Assembly: GCA_045803545.1 (NCBI GenBank)
Contig: JBJMOW010000004.1
Location: 448,001-512,000, forward strand
Direction: 5' to 3'
Length of the DNA: 64,000 nt
Source of the DNA: Gemmatimonadaceae bacterium
Lineage (GTDB): Bacteria > Gemmatimonadota > Gemmatimonadetes > Gemmatimonadales > Gemmatimonadaceae
The notes beneath the pieces were generated by a model, which had not been told where the DNA came from, did no database searches, and was given only the letters and a program-made list of their open reading frames with translations. Below, in pieces: positions 1-9,972 of this stretch (positions are counted from its first letter, which is position 1; each line of letters starts with the position of its first letter). The position numbers and the translations under genes are program-made.

Positions 1-1275
1 AAGGCGACCGGTGGCGGACGGTTCAACATGCAGGTATCGGGGCCACAGATTGGCGACGTACTTAAGCTGAACACGAATTCGTCGTCCGCGTGCTCCAACG
101 CGTTTGTGCGAACCGGCCGAGTGGTCGCCATCACCAATCGCGCGGTCGTCGTAGCCGATACGGCAAATCCGGCGGACGGTTATACGACTGCGGATTATCA
201 GGCTTTTGGCTCAGCGTTCGATACGCTGGTGTATCCGGTCGACACCTCGAATTTTGGCGCGCCGACTGACATCGACAACAACCAGCACGTGATTCTGTTC
301 TTTACGCGTGCTGTGAACGAGCTCACTCCGCCGCAGCAGAGTTTCTACGTCGGCGGATTCTTCTTCAGCCGGGATCTCTTCCCGGTCACAGCGACCAACA
401 GCGTCACCGGTTGTGCGACGAGCAACTTCGCCGAGATGTTCTACCTGCTGGTGCCGGATCCGACGGGGAGCGTGAATCAGAACGTGCGGACCGTCGATTT
501 CGTTCGATCCGTCACCGTCGCCACGCTCGCGCACGAGTTTCAGCATTTGATCAATGCCGGTCGACATCTGTACGTCAACACCAGCAACGGTGTCTTCGAA
601 GATCCATTCCTCGACGAAGGCTTATCGCACGAAGCCGAGGAGCTGCTTTTCTACCGCGCTGCCGGACTGAGCCCGGGGCAAAACATCAGCTACGATCAGA
701 TCCAGCAATCACCGCAGTTGAAAGACGCCTTCGATGCTTATGGAGTCATCAACTTCCGCAGATTGCGCGAGTATCTGGTCAACCCGTTGACGAATTCACC
801 GTACGCGGCCAATACGAATCTCACCACTCGCGGCGCGATTTGGTCCTTCCTTCGCTACGCCGCGGACCGACGGGGTGGTGACCAGGCCCAAATGTGGTTC
901 GATCTCGTGAACGCGTCTGCCAACGTGCACGGCATCGGAAACCTGACGCACGTTATCACCCAGGATCTGAGTGGATGGGTACGGGATTGGACGATCGCGA
1001 ATTACGCCGACGATTTCGTTCCGGGGGTGCAAGGCATTTACACCCATCCGAGCTGGAACATGCGGTCGATCGGTGCGGCTGTGAATCAGGGTGTATGGCC
1101 GATGCCGACCATCCCGCTCGATTCAGTGAACGTCACCTTTGTCGGAGTCGGCGACGGTGGCGCTGCCTATCTGCGGTTTGGCATACCCGCCGGCAAGGTC
1201 GGCGGCGGCCGTCTCACGGCGCGCGGAGGAATAGCACCAACCACCTTCACGATCTCGATTCTTCGCACAAAGTAG
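1..1275 (+). CDS. Probable secreted zinc metallopeptidase (peptidase M30-like), 5' end probably outside window
   Basis: HEFQH zincin motif followed by LDEGLSHEAEE; YVGGFF and AEMFYL motifs; the reading frame stays open back to base 1. Confidence 0.65.
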   Translation, partial: KATGGGRFNMQVSGPQIGDVLKLNTNSSSACSNAFVRTGRVVAITNRAVVVADTANPADGYTTADYQAFGSAFDTLVYPVDTSNFGAPTDIDNNQHVILFFTRAVNELTPPQQSFYVGGFFFSRDLFPVTATNSVTGCATSNFAEMFYLLVPDPTGSVNQNVRTVDFVRSVTVATLAHEFQHLINAGRHLYVNTSNGVFEDPFLDEGLSHEAEELLFYRAAGLSPGQNISYDQIQQSPQLKDAFDAYGVINFRRLREYLVNPLTNSPYAANTNLTTRGAIWSFLRYAADRRGGDQAQMWFDLVNASANVHGIGNLTHVITQDLSGWVRDWTIANYADDFVPGVQGIYTHPSWNMRSIGAAVNQGVWPMPTIPLDSVNVTFVGVGDGGAAYLRFGIPAGKVGGGRLTARGGIAPTTFTISILRTK

Positions 1276-1277
1276 CC

Positions 1278-1532
1278 TTACTGCTGCTCCCATTCCTTTG
1301 TATCGCGCCGCTCCGACTGTCGACGGTCGCCTGTTCGGCGATCCTTCTTCGATCTGGCACGAAGCCAGCGCCAGGTAGCGACGACCGCGACTCCCAGAAT
1401 GATCCAATAGAACGGCAGCAGTAGCTCGTGCAATGCGGGAGCGCTGATCTCGAGCCAGTAGACGAGGGCGATGAACAACAGCGACACTCCCCATACAACC
1501 AGCAGTTGACGCGGCCTACGGCCGTAGATCAT
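1278..1532 (-). CDS. Small two-TM membrane protein with a basic/charged tail
   Basis: Two hydrophobic segments then RARSKKDRRTGDRRQSERR; start ATG 1532 (or 1547). Confidence 0.6.
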   Translation of the reverse strand: MIYGRRPRQLLVVWGVSLLFIALVYWLEISAPALHELLLPFYWIILGVAVVATWRWLRARSKKDRRTGDRRQSERRDTKEWEQQ

Positions 1533-1540
1533 TGGGCTCC

Positions 1541-2206
1541 ATGGCAAAGCGTCCCTTCGATATCCACCAGGTGCTCTCGCGAATCAGGCATGAAGTTAAG
1601 CAGTTTGCCGATGCCGCGATGTTCGACCTGGCCGACCAGGGATACGCGACTCCGTTTCATCAGCTTGCCGCGTGTGTAATCTCGATCAGAACTCTGGATG
1701 AAGTGTCGCTTCCCGCAGCGATCAGGCTGTTCAAAGCGGCACCGACGCCGGAGGAAATCAGCCGCCTTAGCGTTCGCAGGATCGCGACGCTTATTCGTCC
1801 GGCCAGCTTCTACGAGACGAAAGCATACAACATCAGAGATATGGCGAAGCGGGTCGTCGATGATTTCGATGGTGAGCTGCCGTGCGACTACGATGTGATG
1901 ACTTCCTTTCGCGGTGTCGGACCCAAGTGCGCAAATCTCACACTTGGGATTGCGTGTGGGGCGACGAAAATCAGCGTCGACATTCACGTGCACCGTGTCA
2001 CCAACCGCTGGGGATACGTTCGGGCAGCAGAGCCCGAAGGCACGCGTGAGGCGCTCGAGAAAGTACTGCCGAAAAAATACTGGGTGGAAATCAATCGGCT
2101 GCTGGTGCCCTTCGGAAAACACGTCTGCACCGGCCGGCTGCCGAAGTGCTCAACCTGTCCTGTCCTGGAGTATTGTCGGCAGGTAGGCGTAACTGCCCAT
2201 CGCTAG
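1541..2206 (+). CDS. nth: Endonuclease III (HhH-GPD DNA glycosylase/lyase, 4Fe-4S)
   Basis: HhH GVGPKCA, VDIHVHRV, C-terminal C-x6-C-x2-C-x5-C. Confidence 0.9.
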   Translation: MAKRPFDIHQVLSRIRHEVKQFADAAMFDLADQGYATPFHQLAACVISIRTLDEVSLPAAIRLFKAAPTPEEISRLSVRRIATLIRPASFYETKAYNIRDMAKRVVDDFDGELPCDYDVMTSFRGVGPKCANLTLGIACGATKISVDIHVHRVTNRWGYVRAAEPEGTREALEKVLPKKYWVEINRLLVPFGKHVCTGRLPKCSTCPVLEYCRQVGVTAHR

Positions 2207-2706
2207 CGGCCGTCGGTCGCAAGTCGCTGCAGTGGCTCGCCCGTCAACCGGAACGTTGTCCACTGGTCCTGCTCCTTCGCTCCGATTCTGTTGTAGAAGT
2301 CGATTGCAAGCTGGTTCCAGGTGAGCACGGACCAATCTATTCGCCCGCAATCTCGCTCTACCGCGATGCGTGCCAGCTCACGCAAGAGCGCGAAGCCGAC
2401 GCCGTGCTTGCGCGCTGATGGTCTGACGAAGAGATCCTCGAGGTATATCCCGCGCTTACCGAGCCAGGTCGAGTAGTTGTGAAAGAACAGGGCAAAACCG
2501 ACTGGCTGATTGGCGACGTAGGCGATGATGACTTCGGCCGCCGGCCGCTCTCCGAACAACGTCTCGGCCAAATCTCTCTCGGTGACAGGCGCTTCGCCTG
2601 GAAGCGCCTTCTCGTACTCGGCAAGCTCCAGGATGAACTGACGGATGAGAGGGATGTCGGCCCTGGTTGCCTGAACGATCTCGAGTTTGGTGGAAGTGCT
2701 GCTCAT
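2203..2706 (-). CDS. GNAT N-acetyltransferase (spermidine/diamine acetyltransferase-like)
   Basis: ELAEYEK, FFHNYSTWLG, IYLEDLFV, RKHGVG, WNQLAIDFY motifs. Confidence 0.85.
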   Translation of the reverse strand: MSSTSTKLEIVQATRADIPLIRQFILELAEYEKALPGEAPVTERDLAETLFGERPAAEVIIAYVANQPVGFALFFHNYSTWLGKRGIYLEDLFVRPSARKHGVGFALLRELARIAVERDCGRIDWSVLTWNQLAIDFYNRIGAKEQDQWTTFRLTGEPLQRLATDGR

Positions 2707-2712
2707 TTGCGG

Positions 2713-2741
2713 ATTATCAGACTGGCACAAATGGGTGTCAA
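2713..2741 (-). promoter_or_regulatory. Sigma70-type promoter giving a probably leaderless GNAT transcript
   Basis: Minus-strand TTGACA (2736-2741), 17 nt, GATAAT (2713-2718); ATG 6 nt downstream with no SD. Confidence 0.6.
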
Positions 2742-2757
2742 TGCCATCTTTCGCGGG

Positions 2758-5211
2758 ATGAACAGACGATTCGTAGTTCTCTCAACGATGACGCTCATCG
2801 GCTGCAGTGCGCCTTCGCCGCAAGTTGATTCAGAAGTTCTGACGCAGGATGCAGGTGGAGCGCGACGACTCCCCACGGGAGCAATGCTCGATCCCGCGGG
2901 AACCTCGATCGACCTAGGGCCGTTGCCATTGGCGATGACTTTCTCTCCCGACAGAAACCGCCTGATCTTTCTACTCAACGGCTGGCGCGAGCAGGGAATC
3001 CAGATCGTCGATCGTCGATCGGGCAGCGTCGTTCAGAAAGTGAATCTGCCAGCGGTCTTTCTCGGGATGGTCTTCAGTCCGGATGGCAGATCGCTATACG
3101 TCTCCGGCGGAAACCAGGATGTCATCTACCGATTCGATTGGCGCGACGGAACTGCGACGCTCGCGGATTCAATCGCGTTGGCGTTCAAGGATCCCGGACA
3201 CAGCGGGACGCGTTATCCGGCCGGCATTGCGATCTCGAATGACGGACGGACGCTATATGCTGCTGAGAATCTCGCAGACTCGGTGGCAGTAATCGATATC
3301 GCTTCTCGACGGGTCGTTCAGCGACTGCCAACCGAGAAATATCCGTACGGGGTGGTTGTTGGACGTGACGGCCTCGTCTACGTCTCAGCCTGGAATGGCT
3401 GGACGGTGTCGGCGTTTCCGCCGCGCGCAAACGGCACTCTGGAAAATGGAACGCGCATTCGTGTCGGGCGGCATCCCTCAGCGATGGTACTGAGTCCGGA
3501 CGGAAGCCGACTGTTCGTAGCCTCTGGCAGCACCGACAAAATTTCGGTCGTCGATACCCGACGGCTACAAGTCGTGACGACGTTGAGCGATCCGGTGCCG
3601 GCGGCGACGAACGAAGGCAGTACCCCCAACGCACTCGCGGTGTCGCCGGATGGCAGCAGGCTGTTCGTGGCAGAGGCCGACAACAACGCGATCGCGGTGT
3701 TCACGTTGTCTGCCGGCACATCCGGCGTTGCAACTGTTCCAACCGCGGACTCGTTGATTGGAAGGATTCCTGTCGGCTGGTACCCGGCGGGAGTTCTGGT
3801 TGACGGCGCTGACATCCTGGTTGCGAATGCAAAGGGCCGCGGCACGGCACCGAACCCGAAACACTGGCAGCCCGGACAACACATGCCGGCTCACACGCCC
3901 GACTACACCCTTGGCCAAATCAACGGAACTTTCACGACGCTGCCGCTCGCAGATGCGAGTGCAACCGAGCTCGCCCCTTTTTCCACACGTGTCGCTGTTG
4001 CCAATAACTGGAACGCATCGCGCCCCGACAAGTCGTATCCGCCGTTCGAGCACGTCATCTACATCATCAAGGAAAATCGAACCTACGATCAGGTATTAGG
4101 CGACCTGTCGCAGGCGGACGGAGACACATCGCTGGTTTTCTTTCCGCGCAATGTTTCACCGAACCACCATGCGCTCGCCGAGCGGTTCGGAATCTTTGAT
4201 CGGTTTTTCGTAAACGCGGAAGTCAGTCCCGATGGCCACAACTGGTCGACTGCCGCGTACGTCACGGATTACGGCGAGAAGACAATTCCATCGCACTATT
4301 CCGACCGCGGGCGCACTTACGACTATCAGGGATCAAATCGCGACTCGATTCCTGTCGACGATGTCATGGAGCCAGCTAGTGGCTATTTGTGGGATCTCGC
4401 AGAGCGTGCCGGCATTTCTTATCGGAATTACGGCGAGTTCGTAGGCGAGGACGATATGGGGTCAGGGTCGTCTGTCACGGGCGTCGCTCTGAAACGAGCG
4501 TTGATCGGCCATATCAATCCTTCATACTCCGGTTGGAATCTCGACATTCCCGATCAGGTGCGAGCGGACGTGTGGATCAAGGAATTTCAGGAATTCGTGA
4601 AGGCGGGGAAGATGCCCGCGCTCGAGATACTCGCGCTGCCGAACGATCATACCTCAGGCTCGACGGCTAACAGGCCGACGCCGCGCGCTTACATGGCCGA
4701 CAACGATCTCGCACTCGGCCGGATTGTCGAAGCGCTTTCGAAGAGCCCGTTCTGGAAGAACACGGTGATCTTCGTGCTGGAAGATGACGCGCAGGATGGC
4801 CCCGACCATGTGGACTCACATCGGTCTCCGCTTCTCGTGGTGTCAGCATGGAATCGCGGAAGGGTCTTCCACCGTTTCGCCAATACTTCGGACGTGGTCG
4901 CCACCATCGAAGAGATACTTGGACTCGGCACAATGTCGCAGTTCGACCATTACGGACGTCCATTCCGCGAGATCTGGGAATCGACGCCGGACCTCGCGCC
5001 TTATGTCGCGCTTCGCCCCAGCATTCCTCTCGACCAGAAGAACCCGCCTAGGACCGCTCTCGCTGAGGCATCGAAGAAGCTGAGGCTCGATAAAGTCGAC
5101 ATGGCTGACGAGAACCTGTTCAACCACATCCTCTGGAGCGCTATCAAGGGCGATAAGCCTTATCCTGGTTCGACCAGAATGTCAGCGCTCGAGGCGAAGC
5201 TCTCCAGGTGA
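2758..5211 (+). CDS. YncE/YVTN beta-propeller plus phosphoesterase (alkaline-phosphatase superfamily) lipoprotein
   Basis: Lipobox-like LIGC; repeated SPDGxxLYV/LFV blades; IIKENRTYDQ, SPDGHNW, PNDHT, EDDAQDGPDHVDSHRS. Confidence 0.85.
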   Translation: MNRRFVVLSTMTLIGCSAPSPQVDSEVLTQDAGGARRLPTGAMLDPAGTSIDLGPLPLAMTFSPDRNRLIFLLNGWREQGIQIVDRRSGSVVQKVNLPAVFLGMVFSPDGRSLYVSGGNQDVIYRFDWRDGTATLADSIALAFKDPGHSGTRYPAGIAISNDGRTLYAAENLADSVAVIDIASRRVVQRLPTEKYPYGVVVGRDGLVYVSAWNGWTVSAFPPRANGTLENGTRIRVGRHPSAMVLSPDGSRLFVASGSTDKISVVDTRRLQVVTTLSDPVPAATNEGSTPNALAVSPDGSRLFVAEADNNAIAVFTLSAGTSGVATVPTADSLIGRIPVGWYPAGVLVDGADILVANAKGRGTAPNPKHWQPGQHMPAHTPDYTLGQINGTFTTLPLADASATELAPFSTRVAVANNWNASRPDKSYPPFEHVIYIIKENRTYDQVLGDLSQADGDTSLVFFPRNVSPNHHALAERFGIFDRFFVNAEVSPDGHNWSTAAYVTDYGEKTIPSHYSDRGRTYDYQGSNRDSIPVDDVMEPASGYLWDLAERAGISYRNYGEFVGEDDMGSGSSVTGVALKRALIGHINPSYSGWNLDIPDQVRADVWIKEFQEFVKAGKMPALEILALPNDHTSGSTANRPTPRAYMADNDLALGRIVEALSKSPFWKNTVIFVLEDDAQDGPDHVDSHRSPLLVVSAWNRGRVFHRFANTSDVVATIEEILGLGTMSQFDHYGRPFREIWESTPDLAPYVALRPSIPLDQKNPPRTALAEASKKLRLDKVDMADENLFNHILWSAIKGDKPYPGSTRMSALEAKLSR

Positions 5212-5732
5212 GCAGAACGAACCCCCGAGTCGAGGTCGCCCAGGGAATAACGGGCGACGATGCTGCGAGCAGAATGCGACGCGTGCGGATACTCGCACAG
5301 CTGCTCGACAATTCAATCACAATTCCCGGTACCAACCGGAAGATTGGCCTGGATCCGATCGTCGGTTTGATCCCTGGGATCGGGGACCTGATCGGAGCGG
5401 TATTATCGGCCTACATCATTCTCGAAGCGGCACGGGCCGACATATCCGGATTCATGCTGGTGAGAATGGTGGCGAACGTCGGTTTCGATACGCTGCTTGG
5501 CTCGATTCCGGTCGTTGGGGATGTCTTCGACGCGATGTGGAAGTCCAACACCAAGAACGTCGCGATGCTGGAGCGACACGTGTCGAAGCAAACGTCGCAA
5601 TCGGCGCGCGGACGCGGTTACTCGGCAGGCGCGGTCGTTCTGACCGTAATCGCGCTGCTGCTGATCATCGGGGTCGGTCTTCTGCTGGGGATTTTCGTAG
5701 CGCGATTGATCTGGGGCTGGCGAACCCGATAA
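5208..5732 (+). CDS. DUF4112 domain membrane protein
   Basis: LLDNSITIPG, GLDPIVGLIPGIGD, GSIPVVGDVFD..WKSN; GTGA overlap with upstream gene. Confidence 0.85.
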   Translation: MSRTNPRVEVAQGITGDDAASRMRRVRILAQLLDNSITIPGTNRKIGLDPIVGLIPGIGDLIGAVLSAYIILEAARADISGFMLVRMVANVGFDTLLGSIPVVGDVFDAMWKSNTKNVAMLERHVSKQTSQSARGRGYSAGAVVLTVIALLLIIGVGLLLGIFVARLIWGWRTR

Positions 5733-5743
5733 GTTTGTCGCAC

Positions 5744-5815
5744 GGCGCCGTGGCCAAGTGGTAAGGCGGCAGACTGCAAATCTGCTATTCGTCAGTTCGA
5801 TTCTGACCGGCGCCT
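5744..5815 (+). tRNA. tRNA-Cys (GCA), CCA not encoded
   Basis: Acceptor stem GGCGCCG/CGGCGCC with discriminator T; anticodon arm GCAGA-CTGCAAA-TCTGC; T-arm GTCAG-TTCGATT-CTGAC. Confidence 0.97.
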
Positions 5816-5843
5816 CTCTCCCCCCTCCGCCAAAAGGCGATTG

Positions 5844-5906
5844 GTCAACTAATTACCTAGTTGACAGCCCCAGCGCCCGCTACGAGTATTACTAATCTTT
5901 TCGTAG
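5844..5906 (+). promoter_or_regulatory. blaI promoter with tandem palindromic operators (probable BlaI sites)
   Basis: GTCAACTA-N6-TAGTTGAC (5844-5865) overlapping TTGACA (5861-5866); second box TACTA-N6-TCGTA (5890-5905). Confidence 0.75.
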
Positions 5907-5917
5907 CAGGCATCCAC

Positions 5918-6292
5918 ATGGACGTGTCGTTTACGGAACGCGAGCTCGATGTGATGGCGATCCTGTGGGACAAGGGGTCGGCGACCGTCGCTGAGGTTCG
6001 CGAGGATCTGGAAGAAGACTTTGCCTACACCACGGTCCTAACCGTACTGCGCACTCTAGAGGCGAAGGGCTACGCGGGTCATCGAGAGGAAGGAAAGGCG
6101 CACCGCTACGCCCCGCTGGTACCGCGCGCGGCCGCCGGTCAATCGGCACTTCATCGTATCACCGACAAAGTTTTTTCGGGGTCAGCCGAAATGTTGCTGA
6201 CTCAGCTCGTTTCTGGACGGAAACTCAAGCCGGAGGAGCTGAAGCGCATGCGCCAGCTGCTCGATTCCCGGCTGAAGGAGGCAAGTCGATGA
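5918..6292 (+). CDS. BlaI/MecI/CopY family transcriptional repressor
   Basis: FTERELDVMAILW, AYTTVLTVLRTLEAKGY, FSGS motifs. Confidence 0.93.
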   Translation: MDVSFTERELDVMAILWDKGSATVAEVREDLEEDFAYTTVLTVLRTLEAKGYAGHREEGKAHRYAPLVPRAAAGQSALHRITDKVFSGSAEMLLTQLVSGRKLKPEELKRMRQLLDSRLKEASR

Positions 6293-7236
6293 TTCCGGGA
6301 TGGATGATGTACAGCATGCTGATTGGTGGGTTGGGTATCCTCGCCGCGCATGCGCTCGAGAATGCAGCTCGCGTGATCGGGAAGCCGAGCCGCTGGATCT
6401 GGTTTGCGGCGTTGGTGGCGACGATCGCTACCAGTCTAACGGCGTTGTATCAGGCCGTCGGAATGGCATTGTGGTTCATCCCGCGCCGGCACGGCGCGAC
6501 GTCGCTCGACCTGCCGGCGTCGAGTTATATCCGCTTCTACAATCTGTTCTCGCGCTGGGACGTTTATCTGTCACCGCTGTTGTGGATGGCGTCAGCGCTG
6601 ACGGCGGCAATGTTCGCGGTCGCGATCTGGCGTCTGGTCCAGCGTCGTCGTGCGTGGGACCGTGCTTCAATGGACGGCCATTCCGTGCTGGTGTCGGAAG
6701 CCGAGGGCCCGGCGATTGTGGGTTTCATGCGGAGCGCGATCGTAGTGCCCAGATGGGCGCTGGCGGAGAGTGAGAGGGTGCGCGCGTTGATCATGGCGCA
6801 CGAGATCGAGCACCAAAATGCAGGGGATCATGTTCTTAGTGCGCTGGCGTTGGTGGCCACGATCGCGCAGCCGTGGAACCCGGCGGTGTGGTGGATGGCT
6901 CGTCGGCTGCGTGTAGCACTGGAAGTCGATTGTGATGCGCGAGTTCTGAGTCGCGGCTCCGATCCACGCACGTACGGACTGCTGCTACTGGAAGCCGGAT
7001 CGCGCGCGGCAGGCTGCCGATTGCCGATTCCGGCATTGTCGCGTCCATTGTCATCGCTCGAGGAGCGCCTGCGAATCATAACGGCGGAGCGTCGCTCCGG
7101 CCGGATGCGTGCCGCCCGGCTGGCGTTGGTGGCAGGCATACTGCTGGCGACGGCGGCCTTCCTGCCGGAGCCTGGCGCGCTGCACTGCATGCTCGAGGGT
7201 CTGGGGTTCCAGGTGAACATCTCGGCCAGTTACTAA
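6289..7236 (+). CDS. M56 family (BlaR1/MecR1-type) membrane metallopeptidase, no C-terminal sensor domain
   Basis: GPAIVG, HEIEH, WNPAVWW, LEVDCD, LEERL motifs; ATGA coupling to blaI. Confidence 0.9.
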   Translation: MIPGWMMYSMLIGGLGILAAHALENAARVIGKPSRWIWFAALVATIATSLTALYQAVGMALWFIPRRHGATSLDLPASSYIRFYNLFSRWDVYLSPLLWMASALTAAMFAVAIWRLVQRRRAWDRASMDGHSVLVSEAEGPAIVGFMRSAIVVPRWALAESERVRALIMAHEIEHQNAGDHVLSALALVATIAQPWNPAVWWMARRLRVALEVDCDARVLSRGSDPRTYGLLLLEAGSRAAGCRLPIPALSRPLSSLEERLRIITAERRSGRMRAARLALVAGILLATAAFLPEPGALHCMLEGLGFQVNISASY

Positions 7237-7252
7237 GTAAACATCTCATCTA

Positions 7253-7314
7253 CTACTAAAGAACTAGTTGACAGCAGAAAACATCGAGCCTAGTTTCTAC
7301 TACAAAACTAGTAG
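7253..7314 (+). promoter_or_regulatory. Sigma70 promoter of the DUF5916 gene with tandem palindromic operators
   Basis: ACTA-N6-TAGT (7255-7268) overlapping TTGACA (7268-7273), 17 nt, TAGTTT (7291-7296); CTACTA-N6-TAGTAG (7297-7314). Confidence 0.8.
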
Positions 7315-7326
7315 GAACTGGGCCCG

Positions 7327-9972
7327 ATGTTTTTGTTTTTCCTCCTGCTTGGCAGTCCGCAGCGCCTAGCCTTTAGCGAACCAAGCCTCGCGTCTATAAC
7401 GCAGCGGCCACTGGTGGCGGATTCGAGTGCGGCGGGCTTGCGAGTGCTGCGCGGACAAAAGGCGACGGCTCCGCCCGTCATCGACGGTCGATTGGATGAG
7501 GCGCTGTGGGCCACGGCCCCGATAGCAACGGATTTCACTCAGAACTATCCGCAAAGCGGAGTGCCAGCGTCCAGGCGCACTGAAGCGCGGGTCGTCTTTG
7601 CTGGCGACGCGATCTACGTCGGCATACGCGCGTTCGATTCGCCAGACAGCATTGTCGCACCGCTAATGCGGCGAGATGGGATGCTGACCTCGGACTGGGT
7701 GGATGTGCTGATCGACAGCTTCCACGACCGCCGCACTGCATTCCATTTCGCGGTCAATCCAGTTGGGGTAAAGGTCGACATGTATCACTATGACGATATC
7801 CAGGCCGACATGAGCTGGGATGCTGTCTGGGATGTCGCCGTCGCGCGCGACTCACTCGGGTGGACCGCCGAATTCCGCATCCCTCTGTCGCAGCTGCGTT
7901 ACGCGTTCTCGTCAGATAGACCGCAGACTTGGGGCATCAACTTCTACCGCAATCTCGGGCGACGACAGGAATGGTCGAGCTGGGCGCCGGTCGTTCGCGG
8001 GCAGAGTCGTGAGGTGTCCCAGTTCGGCGAGCTTACCGCGATCGATTTCCTGACCCCTACCCGCCGTCGAGAGATCACACCTTACGTTAGCAGCAGCGTT
8101 ACACGGGCATCGGGAGATCCTGCCGATCCCTTCTTTCGCTCAACGGCGTTTTCGCAGAGCGCAGGCTTCGACGCCAAAGTCGGGTTGCGCAGCGGACTCA
8201 CTCTGGATCTCACGGTGCATCCGGATTTCGGTCAGGTCGAAGCGGATCCATCCGAAGTCAATCTCTCCGGTTTCGAGACCACCCAGCAGGAACGGCGGCC
8301 GTTCTTCCTCGAGAACTCAGGTCTTTTCGCGCTCTCGATCTACGAAAGCCCCGACGAAACGCTGTTTTATCCGCGTCGCATCGGCCGTGCTCCGCAAATC
8401 AGCGTCGACAGCGATGGTCGATTCGTTCGCGAGCCACAACAGACGACAATACTTGGTGCAGCGAAGGTCTCCGGAAAAACGAGTAACGGCCTCTCGATTG
8501 GAATTCTCGACGCCGTCACCCAGGCAGAGTACGCCGACGTAGTCGACAACACCAGCGTGAGATCTCGCGCGATCGTCGAGCCGTCGGCGAACTATAGCGT
8601 TGTGAGAGTGCAACAGGATCTGCGCGCCGGCAGATCCGCCGTGGGTGCGATGCTTACGTCGACGAACCGATTCAACCTCGGCTCGGCAGCATCGGAGCTC
8701 CACGACGCCGCTTATGCGGGCGGGCTCGACTTTCGCCACCGCTTCGGTGGTCCGACCGGAACTGATTATGAGGTCTTCGGCGCGCTGTTTGGATCAGCCG
8801 TACATGGAGCCGCGGCCGCGATCGCGGAAACTCAGCGATCATCGGCGCACTATTTCCAGCGGCCCGACGCGGATCACATCGACTATGACACCACCCGTAC
8901 GGGGCTGACTGGTCTTGGCGGGCGGCTCCAGTTCGATCGTGCGAGTGGTCGGATCCGTTACGGGAACGCGTTCTACACGCGTACACCGGGATTCGACGTC
9001 AACGATCTCGGCATTCAAAAAGTTGCCGACTGGTCCGAAGACTTTGTCTGGATCGGGACGATACAAACGCAACCCAACGCTGTACTCAACAATTGGAGTG
9101 TCTACGGCAATACGTGGTCGTGGTGGACGTACGGTGGCGAGCGAACGTTCACGCAATTCAACATCGACCTTCAGGGCGAGCTGAGGAATTTCTGGGGTTC
9201 GTCCTTGAGATTGGGCAGGCGACTCTCTGCGCACACTCTGCGATTGCGCGGTGGGCCGTTGCTCAACGAGGAAGGCGCTTGGGTCACAAATGGTAGCCTG
9301 TACTCGCCGCAGCAAAAAACTTTCCATGCAAACGCCTCATACAGCATTCTCCTTTCCGACGATCCAAACACATCGTCTCTTTCATTCTCGCCGACGCTCG
9401 CGTGGCAGCCGTGGACGAGCGCTACGATCACGCTGGCGCCGATGTGGGCGCGGGACAGAAGCGACCTCTTTTACGTCGCTCAGGCAGGTACGGGGGCAAC
9501 GCCTCGTTACGTGCTTGGCGCTCTCGACCGCACTACGACCGCGTTGACTGCGCGCCTCGATCTCGCATTCTCGCCTGCGCTGACGCTGCAGCTGTACGGA
9601 CAACCTTTTCTATCAGCCGGCACTTACGCCGGCTTCAAGGAAGTCGTCGCTCCCAGGGCCAGCAACTACCCTGACCGTTTTCGGCCAATCACGCCGAAAC
9701 TCGAAGACAATGTATTCAGTAGTGATCTGAACGGTGACGGTGTTGTCGACATTCAGTTCGACAACCCTGCATTCAACGTACGTGAGTTCAGATCGAACAC
9801 TGTATTGAGGTGGGAGTATCGTGCCGGCTCGACGTTGTTCGTCGTTTGGTCGCAGGGACGGCACTCTGACGGCGACAAGGCGTTCCGTCTCTCTCGCGAT
9901 GCGACGGACCTGTTTCGAACAGCTCCCGAAAACGTGTTACTACTAAAAATGACGAGGTGGATGTCCTTCTAA
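7327..9972 (+). CDS. DUF5916 protein (CBM9-like N-terminus, probable outer-membrane beta-barrel)
   Basis: PVIDGRLDE.W, WTAEFRIP.SQLR, PDFGQVEADP, ERRPFFLE, LRWEYR.GSTLFVVWSQ; C-terminal Phe. Confidence 0.85.
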   Translation: MFLFFLLLGSPQRLAFSEPSLASITQRPLVADSSAAGLRVLRGQKATAPPVIDGRLDEALWATAPIATDFTQNYPQSGVPASRRTEARVVFAGDAIYVGIRAFDSPDSIVAPLMRRDGMLTSDWVDVLIDSFHDRRTAFHFAVNPVGVKVDMYHYDDIQADMSWDAVWDVAVARDSLGWTAEFRIPLSQLRYAFSSDRPQTWGINFYRNLGRRQEWSSWAPVVRGQSREVSQFGELTAIDFLTPTRRREITPYVSSSVTRASGDPADPFFRSTAFSQSAGFDAKVGLRSGLTLDLTVHPDFGQVEADPSEVNLSGFETTQQERRPFFLENSGLFALSIYESPDETLFYPRRIGRAPQISVDSDGRFVREPQQTTILGAAKVSGKTSNGLSIGILDAVTQAEYADVVDNTSVRSRAIVEPSANYSVVRVQQDLRAGRSAVGAMLTSTNRFNLGSAASELHDAAYAGGLDFRHRFGGPTGTDYEVFGALFGSAVHGAAAAIAETQRSSAHYFQRPDADHIDYDTTRTGLTGLGGRLQFDRASGRIRYGNAFYTRTPGFDVNDLGIQKVADWSEDFVWIGTIQTQPNAVLNNWSVYGNTWSWWTYGGERTFTQFNIDLQGELRNFWGSSLRLGRRLSAHTLRLRGGPLLNEEGAWVTNGSLYSPQQKTFHANASYSILLSDDPNTSSLSFSPTLAWQPWTSATITLAPMWARDRSDLFYVAQAGTGATPRYVLGALDRTTTALTARLDLAFSPALTLQLYGQPFLSAGTYAGFKEVVAPRASNYPDRFRPITPKLEDNVFSSDLNGDGVVDIQFDNPAFNVREFRSNTVLRWEYRAGSTLFVVWSQGRHSDGDKAFRLSRDATDLFRTAPENVLLLKMTRWMSF

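Noticed and set aside
2479..2757. Long N-terminal extensions in the ORF track (also 12525, 23814-24446, 29496, 42284, 48248, 56933)
   Set aside because: Most overlap neighbouring genes; downstream starts fit signal peptides, SD sites or stop/start coupling better
5918..7236. Beta-lactam resistance locus
   Set aside because: No beta-lactamase or PBP nearby, and the M56 protein lacks the penicillin-binding sensor domain
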